From Candidatus Latescibacterota bacterium (GTDB lineage Bacteria; Latescibacterota; UBA2968; UBA8231), in the NCBI GenBank assembly GCA_965248355.1, contig OZ252098.1, forward strand, positions 3,360,001 through 3,424,000: a stretch of 64,000 bases of DNA. Direction: 5' to 3'. Position 1 is the stretch's first letter, and each line of letters opens with the position of its first letter. The notes beneath the pieces were generated by a model. It was not told the origin of the DNA and made no database searches. It worked only from the letters and a program-made list of their open reading frames with translations. A program made the position numbers and the translations under genes. Of the stretch, positions 9,012 through 17,451 are shown one piece after another.

Positions 9012-10567
9012 GGGTGTAGCCTTCACTTTACGCAGATTGTCGATAAAAGGGGGACCCCAAGTCCGGGCACGAATGTATCTTTGGGTGTAAGGACTTACGC
9101 CCAAACCCGGAAAGGGGTCCCTGATGGAAGATACGAAGGATTTTCACGCTCGCCTGACAAAGTTCGAGGAAAATGTCCTCCAGTGGGAGCATCGCCTGCA
9201 ATCCCCGGAGGCCGGCCCGGAGGACTTTCGCGAGAGGGTGAGCGAGTTGCGAGATGCTTTGGACGACCTCGGTCGAATCGGTTTCCAACGGCTGGCGCAG
9301 GCGTGCGAGATCGCCGACGACACCGTGGTCCACCACGGTCGGGTCTACCGGTTCAAGCAAGTGGTCCACAAGGAATGGATGACCCTGTGGGGCAAGGTCC
9401 AGGTGCCGCGTCGGCTGTATCAGCCCGATCGGGGCGGCCCCAGCCGGGGGCCCTTGGATGAGCGCTGCGGCATGGTCCACCGATTCATGGTGCCGGCGCT
9501 GGAGCGTTTCACGGCCTTTCTGGGCGCCCGCCTGGTCCCGGCCGAAGTCGAGGCCAGCTTGGCCGAGCTGTTGCCGGCGTCCCCGTCGCGCACCGCCATT
9601 CAGCATCTGTTGACCACCGTCGGTCAGTACGCCGAGGACCACGCCGAGCAACTCGAGCTGGCCTTGCAGGAGGCGGCGCCCCTAAAGACCGAGGGCGACA
9701 CCCTGGTGGTCAGTTGGGACGGCGTCACCGTGCCGCTGCGGGAGCCGGCGCCGAAACGCGGACGGCCCGCCGAACGACCGACGGATCCCGACCCCGACCG
9801 CGCGCCCACCGCCTGGAAGGAGGCCGGGGTAGGGATGGTCGCCACGTATGGGACGCCGCTGGACCCGGCGACGGAAGACCCCCAACGCGTCGATGTGCGC
9901 TACGCCGCGCGCATGCCGGAGCCCAAGATGAAGACCCTGGTCCACGGCTTGGTGGAGGAGACGGCCCGGGCCCTGCAGCGGGGGGAGTATGACCACCGGG
10001 TGGTGTTGGCCGACGGCCAGCGCCAGATCTGGCGCAGCGTGGATCGGCAGCCGGTGTTCGACGGCTTCACCCGGATTCTCGACTTCTATCACGCGGCCCA
10101 CCACCTGTCAAAGGCCGCCGAGCCCCTCTTCGGCAAGCGGTCGTCGAAAGCGGCTCGCTGGTACCGATCCTGGCGGCACAAACTGCGTCATGAGCCCGGG
10201 GCCGTTCAGGGCCTGATCCGCTCCCTGGCCTACCACCGCCGCAACCTTCGTCCCGGCTCCCAACGCCATCGTCAGGTGACCACCGAGCTGGGCTACTTCC
10301 GGAACAACCGGGACAAGATGGACTACGCGCGCTATCGCGCTTCGGGGTTGATCCTCTCCAGTGGTCCCGTGGAGGCCGCCGCCAAGACCCTGGTCGGCCA
10401 TCGACTCAAACGCAGCGGCATGCGCTGGACCCGCCAAGGAGGCCAGCAGATCCTCAATCTACGAGTCCACGTGCAATCCCAACGATGGGAGGCCTTCTGG
10501 AACTGGTACCTCCATCAGACTACACAACAGACCGACAAGACGGCTGCGTAAAACCGAGGCTACACCC
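9012..10567 (+). mobile_element. ISKra4-family (UPF0236-type) insertion sequence (about 1.56 kb)
   Basis: TIRs GGGTGTAGCCTTCACTTTACGCAG and GGGTGTAGCCTCGGTTTTACGCAG; 8-bp target duplication CAATGGAG at 9004-9011 and 10568-10575. Confidence 0.92.
9124..10551 (+). CDS. ISKra4-family transposase
   Basis: VSWDGVTV, WKEAGVG, VLADGQRQIW, ILDFYHA, SGPVEAAAK...RLKRSGMRW. Confidence 0.92.
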   Translation: MEDTKDFHARLTKFEENVLQWEHRLQSPEAGPEDFRERVSELRDALDDLGRIGFQRLAQACEIADDTVVHHGRVYRFKQVVHKEWMTLWGKVQVPRRLYQPDRGGPSRGPLDERCGMVHRFMVPALERFTAFLGARLVPAEVEASLAELLPASPSRTAIQHLLTTVGQYAEDHAEQLELALQEAAPLKTEGDTLVVSWDGVTVPLREPAPKRGRPAERPTDPDPDRAPTAWKEAGVGMVATYGTPLDPATEDPQRVDVRYAARMPEPKMKTLVHGLVEETARALQRGEYDHRVVLADGQRQIWRSVDRQPVFDGFTRILDFYHAAHHLSKAAEPLFGKRSSKAARWYRSWRHKLRHEPGAVQGLIRSLAYHRRNLRPGSQRHRQVTTELGYFRNNRDKMDYARYRASGLILSSGPVEAAAKTLVGHRLKRSGMRWTRQGGQQILNLRVHVQSQRWEAFWNWYLHQTTQQTDKTAA

Positions 10568-11124
10568 CAATGGAGAAGAAGTACGGCAGTTTCTCCTCCT
10601 GCTGTTTGATGAGTGCTCCATTGATCTTGTAGGTCGCCAGGGCGAAACAGTCCTGTGGTTCGAGGCCGACCAACTCGCGAGCTCGCCTGAACTGAGCTCC
10701 ATGGAATTTGATATTGATCCGGTAAATCGGTCTTCCACGTCCGTTGTACAAACGGTAGTCGGTATCGGTCCTGCCCTCCCCAAGTCTCGCAACTCAAACT
10801 CGTCGGATTCCATTTCTGTCTTGTAGATCCGCTCAAAGGCCAATTCGGCACATCGCCCCAGGAGCAATCCGCCGAGCATCTGCGCTGACCTCTGCCGATT
10901 GGCTACAGTTACCTCTCTCAGGCCCACGTGCAGAAGCTCCCTTACGGGGTCCTCCGAGTCGACCGCAGCCTTCACGCTCCTGACAGTTGTCCCGACATGT
11001 CTTGCCGCCTCAGCCGGAGTGGCACCCTCGTTGACCAGGTTCACGGCCTTGAGTACATGAAAGGGCTTGGGCCATTGATGGTTCCCGAACAATGCCTCAA
11101 TTGTCTGGAGAAGTTCGGCGCGAG

Positions 11125-12075
11125 TCACTGCAATTCCATACCAAACCGGAGAGCCGAGTCTTGCAGGTATTCTTCGCAGGAGTCAATGGCCAGCCATCGA
11201 CGAGCAAGAGACTCGGCAACCATCCCCGTTGTATTGCTACCCGAAAATGGATCAAGGACAAGCGCTTCTTCCTCGGTCAGCATCTTGATAAAGAATTCAG
11301 GGAGAGCCGACGGAAAACGAGCCGGGTGCGCTTGTCGTCCCTTCGTTGCACATGTCCTCATATAATCCGAGTTGCTTTCGCTATTCCCTCGTTCAATCAT
11401 ATTGGAGGGAATGGCACCCCTGTTCTCTTTCTGGAACTTGCTTGTTATGTTGTGGCCGCTAGGCCTGCGTTTGGCCTTGTATCCTTTCTTGAACAGTCGC
11501 TTCATGTCATTGCTGTAGGGCACAAGCACTCTGCGATTGTCTGCGGCCGGCCACTCTGTCGGAGAGAGCCACCAAACGTACTCCACCGAGTCCTTTATGC
11601 GAATTCGCCTGACGTTCACCCACTCAGCCGGTGCCGGGAGCTTCGCAGGATTGCTCCAGAAACACTCCTGGGCCAAGTGAAAGCCGACATCTTCGCACAA
11701 GGCGATGAGTAACTTGAAATGGTATAGTGATCGTGTCGGGGTTCCCTTGTTGTAGCTTCCGCCGATGTTCAGGACGAAGCTGCCCTCGGGCTTGAGTATT
11801 CTGTGGATCTCCCTCGCAAATGGAAGAAACCAATCGACATACTCACTCTTCTCCGCGTTGCCGTACTCCTTCTTGAAGTGCAGGGCATAGGGCGGGGATG
11901 TAACGACCAGATCCATGGTGCCGGTGGGAAGTCGTGACATCAACTCTCGAGAGTCACCCAGGAAGGCCGCACCATAGGTCGTCTCGTACATGGGTTCGAC
12001 CCCGGGGAGAAGCTCGCGGGGATGGTCTTTCGAAGGACCAAAGAGCGTTGATTGGGGTGGTGCTGCTGTCGGCAT
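11125..12075 (-). CDS. Site-specific DNA methyltransferase, beta class, probably N4-cytosine (M.PvuII-like)
   Basis: Motif IV TSPPY precedes motif [18 protein letters not shown]; intact ORF; AT-richer than flanks. Confidence 0.92.
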   Translation of the reverse strand: MPTAAPPQSTLFGPSKDHPRELLPGVEPMYETTYGAAFLGDSRELMSRLPTGTMDLVVTSPPYALHFKKEYGNAEKSEYVDWFLPFAREIHRILKPEGSFVLNIGGSYNKGTPTRSLYHFKLLIALCEDVGFHLAQECFWSNPAKLPAPAEWVNVRRIRIKDSVEYVWWLSPTEWPAADNRRVLVPYSNDMKRLFKKGYKAKRRPSGHNITSKFQKENRGAIPSNMIERGNSESNSDYMRTCATKGRQAHPARFPSALPEFFIKMLTEEEALVLDPFSGSNTTGMVAESLARRWLAIDSCEEYLQDSALRFGMELQ

Positions 12076-12244
12076 TGTGTCGGATCTCTAATGGGCTGGA
12101 AGGCGGTCGGCCAAGCTTGCCTTGTGCCAACCTAGGAGGGCCCTGTAACCGAGACCAGTTCTTTTTGGGACTCGACCTCGTGATTTGGCCGGTGCCCCCC
12201 GGAACTGCTACGGCCTCTCCCTGAATCAGACATGCCCCGGAGTC

Positions 12245-12904
12245 TCAGCTGTAGGGGGGCATGTGCAGGGCCAGGGCCAGGGAGACCTCGATGTCCGCGA
12301 TCGCCTGCGCCATGGCCTGGCTGATCAGGTCGAGGCCGCGCACCTGGTCGATGCGGGGGGCGATGTGCTCCACCTCGCGGGCGGAGAGGATCTGCTCGAA
12401 GAGGTTGCAGGCATGGGCCAGGCCGATGATCACCACGTCCCGCGGCGTGGGGATCTGGTCGCTGAAGAGGATCTCCATGATCCGCAGCTTGACCTCGCGC
12501 TCGACCCGGTCGTCGATGACCGGGTAGCGCCGCGACCGGAAGACCCACAGGAACCGGTCCTCCTGGCGCTGCAGGATCCCCCGTTCCACCAGGCGGTCCA
12601 GGGGCCCCTGGCGGATCTCGTCGGCGCTGCGCAGGGCGGTGCGCTCCACCCAGAAGCGCGCGTCGTGGGTCTCCGTCGCCTCGGCGACGTCGGCCAGGGT
12701 GGGGTCGAGGAGGCTGTCGCCGAGGGGGCTCGAATCGACCAGCATGAGTTGCTTGAGGTCGGTGTCGATGCGGTTCTCCAGGGCCAGATCCATCAACACC
12801 CCGCCGGCGAGGGCGTAGCGCAACTGCCGGTCAGGTACCCGGGCGAACTTCCCGTCCTCGTCGTCGAGGATGAGCAGCATGAGCTCTTCCGGGAATCTCA
12901 GCAT
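12245..12904 (-). CDS. GOLPH3/Vps74 (GPP34) family protein
   Basis: EELMLLILDDEDG, ALAGGVLMDLALENRI, LVERGIL...FLWVFRSRRYP. Confidence 0.85.
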   Translation of the reverse strand: MLRFPEELMLLILDDEDGKFARVPDRQLRYALAGGVLMDLALENRIDTDLKQLMLVDSSPLGDSLLDPTLADVAEATETHDARFWVERTALRSADEIRQGPLDRLVERGILQRQEDRFLWVFRSRRYPVIDDRVEREVKLRIMEILFSDQIPTPRDVVIIGLAHACNLFEQILSAREVEHIAPRIDQVRGLDLISQAMAQAIADIEVSLALALHMPPYS

Positions 12905-13017
12905 GGAAGTCGGCCCCTGTCGTTAGGTTAGATTTCGAGTGCTTCCCGTACTCCTGGGACATCGCCAAAGTTGGCGCACCTGCCGGGCAGCGGCAAGGCA
13001 CAAGCGAGGGGTGAGAC

Positions 13018-13841
13018 ATGGCATTCTCCTACTGCCTCAACACCAGCACCATCCGCAGCGAAGGCCTCTCGATCGTGGACGCCATCGACACCGCCGCCGA
13101 CGCCGGCTGGGACGGCATCGAGCCGTGGGTCCAGGAGCTGGACGACTGGGTGGCCGGCGGCGGGACCCTGGGGCAGGTCCGCGCCCGGGCCCGGGAGCGG
13201 AACCTGGGCATCGTCAACCTCATCGGCTTTCCGGAGTGGGCGGTGCCGGAGGACGACCGGCGGCCCGCGGGCTGGAGGAGGCCGCCCGCTGCTTCGAGAT
13301 GGCCCGCGAGCTGGGCTGCCCCCACCTGACCGCCCCGCCCTCCGGGATCCACGACCGCCGGGTGGAGCTGCGCCCCGTGGCCGAGCGCTTCGCCGCCCTC
13401 GTGGACCTGGCCGCCACGTCGGGAGTGACCCCGCTGCTGGAGTTCTGGGGAATCGCGCAGACCCTGGGCACCGCGGGCGAGACCCTGCTGGTGGCCGCGG
13501 AGTGCGGGCGGCCGGGGGTGCGATTGCTGGCCGATGTCTTCCACATGTACAAGGGCAGCGGCCACCACTTCGGATTCGAGCACTTCGGCGGCGGCCGCCT
13601 GGGCCTCGTGCACGTGAACGACTACCCGGCGGCGCCGGCCCGGACCGAGGTGACCGACGCCGACCGGGTCTATCCGGGAGACGGGCTGGCCCCCTGGCCG
13701 CGGATCGTCGCCATGCTGGAGGCCATCGGCTACGACGGCATGCTCTCGCTGGAGCTCTTCAACGAGAGCTACCGCGCCAGGGGTCCGGCGACCGTGGCCC
13801 GCGAGGGCCTGGAGAAGCTGAAACGCTGTGTGGAGGGGTAG
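13018..13841 (+). CDS. Sugar phosphate isomerase/epimerase (xylose-isomerase-like TIM barrel); one frameshift near 13262
   Basis: LNTSTI, GWDGIEPW, LLEFWG, DVFHMYKG, HVNDYP, DRVYPGDG, LSLELFN; adding one G to the GG at 13262-13263 joins the two frames. Confidence 0.85.
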
Positions 13842-13942
13842 GTGGGGCTGGATGGGGCTGACCGGGGGAAGCCACCGGCCGGAGCTTGCCTGTTCTGTAG
13901 AAAATAGCCTCCAGGGCTCTTCGCGTCAAATCAGAAAGATTC

Positions 13943-13974
13943 GTAAGTGTAGTACTTACAAATAGTTATTGACA
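13943..13974 (+). promoter_or_regulatory. Palindrome GTAAGT-N5-ACTTAC next to a TTGACA -35-like hexamer
   Basis: AT-rich intergenic patch; inverted repeat at 13943-13959 and TTGACA at 13969-13974; no convincing -10. Confidence 0.4.
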
Positions 13975-14026
13975 TTCTTCACTCCTGGCTTCTTCTTCGT
14001 ATTGCCCGCAGAAGGAGGTGCCTGGA

Positions 14027-14800
14027 ATGGCCGATGCCCGTGATTCCTCTTCGTCCGAAGCCGTCCGCGTCGAAGGATCCCTCGTCCGCTCCGGAGACTG
14101 GTCGAAGAGCCTGTCCGAGCTCTCTGCCGACAGCCGGCAGCTCCACCAACTGCTGGCCGGGAAGCGCTTCGACGAGGCCCGCGCCCTCCTCAGGTCCCGG
14201 TCCGCCGAGGAGCAGGCCGCCCTCGTCTCCATCGACGCCGACCCCGAGCAGGTCCTGGCCCTGACCGCCTCCGACCGCCGGGGTCTGCCCGCCTACAGCC
14301 GCGACGTGGTGGACCGGCTGCCGTCCGAGCTGCTCGCCCGGCTCGCCGCCCCCGGCGACCGTCACAGCCGCTACAACCCCGAGATCCTGCGGGCCATGTC
14401 GCCGCAGGTCTTCGACCGCGCCGTCCGGGACGTGCTCGATCCCATCGACAACCCCGACCTGCGCACCCGGGTGGCCTGGGAGTGGCTCGAGGCCGTCGCC
14501 GCCATCGGCGACCCGAACCAGGCGGCCCCGCTGCTGCGCGGCGTCGATCCCGCCGCCCTGGAGGACGCGGTCATGGACCGGCTGACCGACCTCGACCTGG
14601 GAGGCACACTGCCGGGTACCGAGGTCGCCGCCGTCAGCCGCTACCAGGCCCTGACCGAGGGCTTCGCCGGGGACCGGCCCGGGGAGTACGTCGCGGATCC
14701 GGCCACGGCGGAGGTCCTCGATGCCCTGTGGGAGGCGGCGCCCGAGCTGCTGGCGCCGGCGGTCGTCAACGCCACCCGCCGCCTCCACGGCACCGGATGA
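14027..14800 (+). CDS. Hypothetical helical protein (resembles the DUF6178 N-terminal half)
   Basis: AGGAGG RBS before ATG 14027; EILRAMSPQVF...AWEWLEAVAAIG...LRGVDPAAL. Confidence 0.6.
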   Translation: MADARDSSSSEAVRVEGSLVRSGDWSKSLSELSADSRQLHQLLAGKRFDEARALLRSRSAEEQAALVSIDADPEQVLALTASDRRGLPAYSRDVVDRLPSELLARLAAPGDRHSRYNPEILRAMSPQVFDRAVRDVLDPIDNPDLRTRVAWEWLEAVAAIGDPNQAAPLLRGVDPAALEDAVMDRLTDLDLGGTLPGTEVAAVSRYQALTEGFAGDRPGEYVADPATAEVLDALWEAAPELLAPAVVNATRRLHGTG

Positions 14801-15744
14801 CCAGCCTTGCACACCCCGATCTCAACCGCATCGCGGCCGGCACCGACCGCTTCCTGGGGCGGGTCCTGCTCATCGGACGAGAGCACGGCCGGCTGCCCCG
14901 GGGCCTGGAGGACGGACTGATGGCCTTTCTCCGCCTCCACGCCAGCGGCCACGCCCGGCGGTACCGCACCGGCATCGCCATCGACCGGGACTCCCTAGAG
15001 GCCGGCGTGCGGCAGGGCTTCACCTGCCTCGAGGCGGGACTCGAGGGCGCTGCCCGGGGCGACGTGGAGCAGGCCATCGACCAGCTCGCCGTGGCCGACC
15101 TGGAGGATCTGCGGCGGCAGGGCTGGGAACGGATCTGGAACACTCTCGACGAGATGCGCCGGGAATCGGCGGGACATCTGCGCAGCCCCTGGTCGGCGCT
15201 GCAGGACCCGTGGAGGCCGGAGCTCGAACGCTGGACGACGCTGGTCCCGGAGTCCTGGACCGCCACCGACGGCGGCGATTCGCCCGAGCCCGTCGACCCG
15301 GCGGGGGAGTTCGCCCGCTACGTCCACGTGTCGGAGCGGGTGCGTTTCCTCGACAGCCTGCCCGAAGACGCCCTCCGGCCCCTGCTGCGGAAGTGGCATC
15401 CCCCGGCCGACTTCGCGCTGCTCCTGCGGCACCTGGTCGCGGCCCTGGCCCTTGACCGGCTGCGCCTGCCGGTGGCCCGGGCCGGCCTCGAACGCTTCGC
15501 GAGCGCTTGCTTCGAGGGCTCGGCGATGCCCGCCGCGACGCGGGCGAAGGTCCTGCAGCAGCTCGAGGGCCATGTGAAGGCCCAGCCGCCCGACACCACC
15601 CGGGAGCGGCCGACCCTGCCACTCCCCCGGGGGCGGGTCACGGTGCTGAAGGAGACGGTGGGACAGATCGAACTGCTGGAGAAGGCCGATGGGCCTTCCC
15701 GGATCGCCCTGCTGCAGTTGCCGGGCCCTGCGCAGCGGCGCTGA
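14797..15744 (+). CDS. Hypothetical helical protein (resembles the DUF6178/DUF6179 C-terminal region)
   Basis: ATGA overlap with previous gene; CLEAGLEGAARGDVEQAIDQLAVADLEDLRRQGW. Confidence 0.55.
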   Translation: MTSLAHPDLNRIAAGTDRFLGRVLLIGREHGRLPRGLEDGLMAFLRLHASGHARRYRTGIAIDRDSLEAGVRQGFTCLEAGLEGAARGDVEQAIDQLAVADLEDLRRQGWERIWNTLDEMRRESAGHLRSPWSALQDPWRPELERWTTLVPESWTATDGGDSPEPVDPAGEFARYVHVSERVRFLDSLPEDALRPLLRKWHPPADFALLLRHLVAALALDRLRLPVARAGLERFASACFEGSAMPAATRAKVLQQLEGHVKAQPPDTTRERPTLPLPRGRVTVLKETVGQIELLEKADGPSRIALLQLPGPAQRR

Positions 15745-15750
15745 GCCGCC

Positions 15751-17451
15751 TCAGGAGCGCAGCCGCCGCGTCTCCTCCTCCTCCACTTCCCAGCGCTCCA
15801 CGTCCACGGCCACGCCGTACTCCCGCCGGGCCGCCTCCACCGACACCCGGCCCTGGCGCACGTCCTCCAGCACGGCCCGCGGATCCCGCTCGAAGGGCGG
15901 CCCGTAGCCGCCGCCGCCCGGCAGCCGCAGCGTCACCTGCTGCCCGGGCTGCAGCAGGTACTTCCGCTTGGGGTGCAGGGGCGTGCCGTCGGAGAGCACC
16001 ATCTGCCCCACGGCTCCGTCCCCTCCGCCGGCGAAACCGCGGGCGGCGCAGCGGGTGCGGTCGTACATGGGCGAGTGCAGGGCCGGCTCGTCGCTGTCCA
16101 CGGCCAGCACCATCTCCTGCCCCAGCCCGCCGCGAAAGCGCCCGGCTCCCCCGGAGTCGGGGCGCAGCGCCCGTTTGAGCATGAGCGTCGGCGAGACCGA
16201 CTCGATGGCCTCCACCGGCACGCCGCGGATGCCGCTCGGAAAGGCCGTGGCCGAGAGCCCGTCGGCCGTGGGGCGGGCCCCCATGCCGCCGGCGGAAAAG
16301 AAGATGTAGGCGAACAGCCGGCCGCCGCGGTCCCGGCCTTCCAGCTGGGTGTTCCACAGGCCGGCCGAACCGTCGGCGAGGACCCGTCCGGGGACCACCT
16401 GGGACAGGGCTCCGAAGACGGCCTGCGACAGGAAGTGGCCGATCAGGTGGCGGGCGCCCACCGCACAGGGACGGCGGGCGTTGAGGATCGAGCCCTCCGG
16501 CGCGGTCACCGTCACCGGCCGGAAGCTGCCCTCGTTGTTGGGCACGTGGGGGCTGATGGCGCAGGCCAGGGGATAGGTGGTGTAGGCGTGGGTGTAGTTG
16601 TAGACCACGTTGATGCCTCGGTCCACCTGCGGCGAGGTTCCGGCATAGTCGACGCGCAGCCGCCGGCCCTCCACGGTCAGGGCGATGCGGATCGCGAGGG
16701 GTTCGTCGAAGCCGTCGATCTCCACCTCGTCCTTCCAGGTGCCGTCGCCCACCGCCTCGATGGCGTCCCCCGTGGCCTGCTCCGAACGCCCCCTGATCTG
16801 CTCCCCGAGGTCCTCCACGTCCTCGAGGCCGTACTCCTCCATCATCTCCGCCAGCTTGGCGGCGCCCACGTCGTTGCCGGCCTGCTGAGCGTAGAGGTCG
16901 CCAACCACGGCGTCGGGCTCCCGCACGTTGGCCCGCACGATGCGCACCAGGTCGTCGTTGATCCGCCCCTGGCGGAACAGCTTCATGATCGGGATGGCCA
17001 GGCCTTCCTCGAAGACCTCGCGGGCGTCGGCGCCGAGGGTGCGGCCGCCGATGTCCATGGCGTGGCAGGTGTTGGCGAACCAGCCGATCCCCCTTCCGCC
17101 GTGGAAGACGGGGGTGACCACGGTGATGTCGTGGAGGTGCCCCGACACCATCCACGGGTCGTTGGTGAGCAGGCTGTCCCCCGGCTCCAGGGAATCGATG
17201 GGATGGGCCCGCACGAAGTGCCGGACGCCGGTGGCCATGGTGTTGATGTGGCCCGGGGTGCCGGTCACGGCCTGGGCCAGCATGTTCCCCCGGCGGTCGA
17301 AGATCCCGGCCGACAGGTCGCCGGCCTCGCGCACGACGGTGGTGAAGGAGGCGTGCATCAGCGCCGCCGCCTGCTCGTTGACGATCGAGATCAGGCGGTT
17401 CCAAAGGACCTCGAGCAGCACCGGATCCATGGCCGGACGGGAATCGTTCAT
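15751..17451 (-). CDS. Hydantoinase B / oxoprolinase family protein
   Basis: DPVLLEVLWNRL, VREAGDLSAG, TNDPW...HLHD, DSGGAGRFRGG, PGGGGYGPPFER. Confidence 0.93.
   Translation of the reverse strand: MNDSRPAMDPVLLEVLWNRLISIVNEQAAALMHASFTTVVREAGDLSAGIFDRRGNMLAQAVTGTPGHINTMATGVRHFVRAHPIDSLEPGDSLLTNDPWMVSGHLHDITVVTPVFHGGRGIGWFANTCHAMDIGGRTLGADAREVFEEGLAIPIMKLFRQGRINDDLVRIVRANVREPDAVVGDLYAQQAGNDVGAAKLAEMMEEYGLEDVEDLGEQIRGRSEQATGDAIEAVGDGTWKDEVEIDGFDEPLAIRIALTVEGRRLRVDYAGTSPQVDRGINVVYNYTHAYTTYPLACAISPHVPNNEGSFRPVTVTAPEGSILNARRPCAVGARHLIGHFLSQAVFGALSQVVPGRVLADGSAGLWNTQLEGRDRGGRLFAYIFFSAGGMGARPTADGLSATAFPSGIRGVPVEAIESVSPTLMLKRALRPDSGGAGRFRGGLGQEMVLAVDSDEPALHSPMYDRTRCAARGFAGGGDGAVGQMVLSDGTPLHPKRKYLLQPGQQVTLRLPGGGGYGPPFERDPRAVLEDVRQGRVSVEAARREYGVAVDVERWEVEEEETRRLRS

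Larger units (their letters stand above)
8610..11128 (-). pseudogene. Putative type II restriction endonuclease with N-terminal HTH, split by an ISKra4-family IS and carrying two frameshifts
   Basis: GTGA-coupled to the MTase. The pieces join as ...CAELAFE...LRDL/EGRTDTDYRLYNG...RINIKFHG...LPYFFSI|IS|VGVPHLTG...IALV/RDFEDAAINYM...MERGDY*. D...NIK resembles a PD-(D/E)xK variant. Confidence 0.7.

Noticed and set aside
11125..12075. Assigning PvuII specificity (CAGCTG) to the methyltransferase
   Set aside because: Motif resemblance does not fix the target; methylome data are needed
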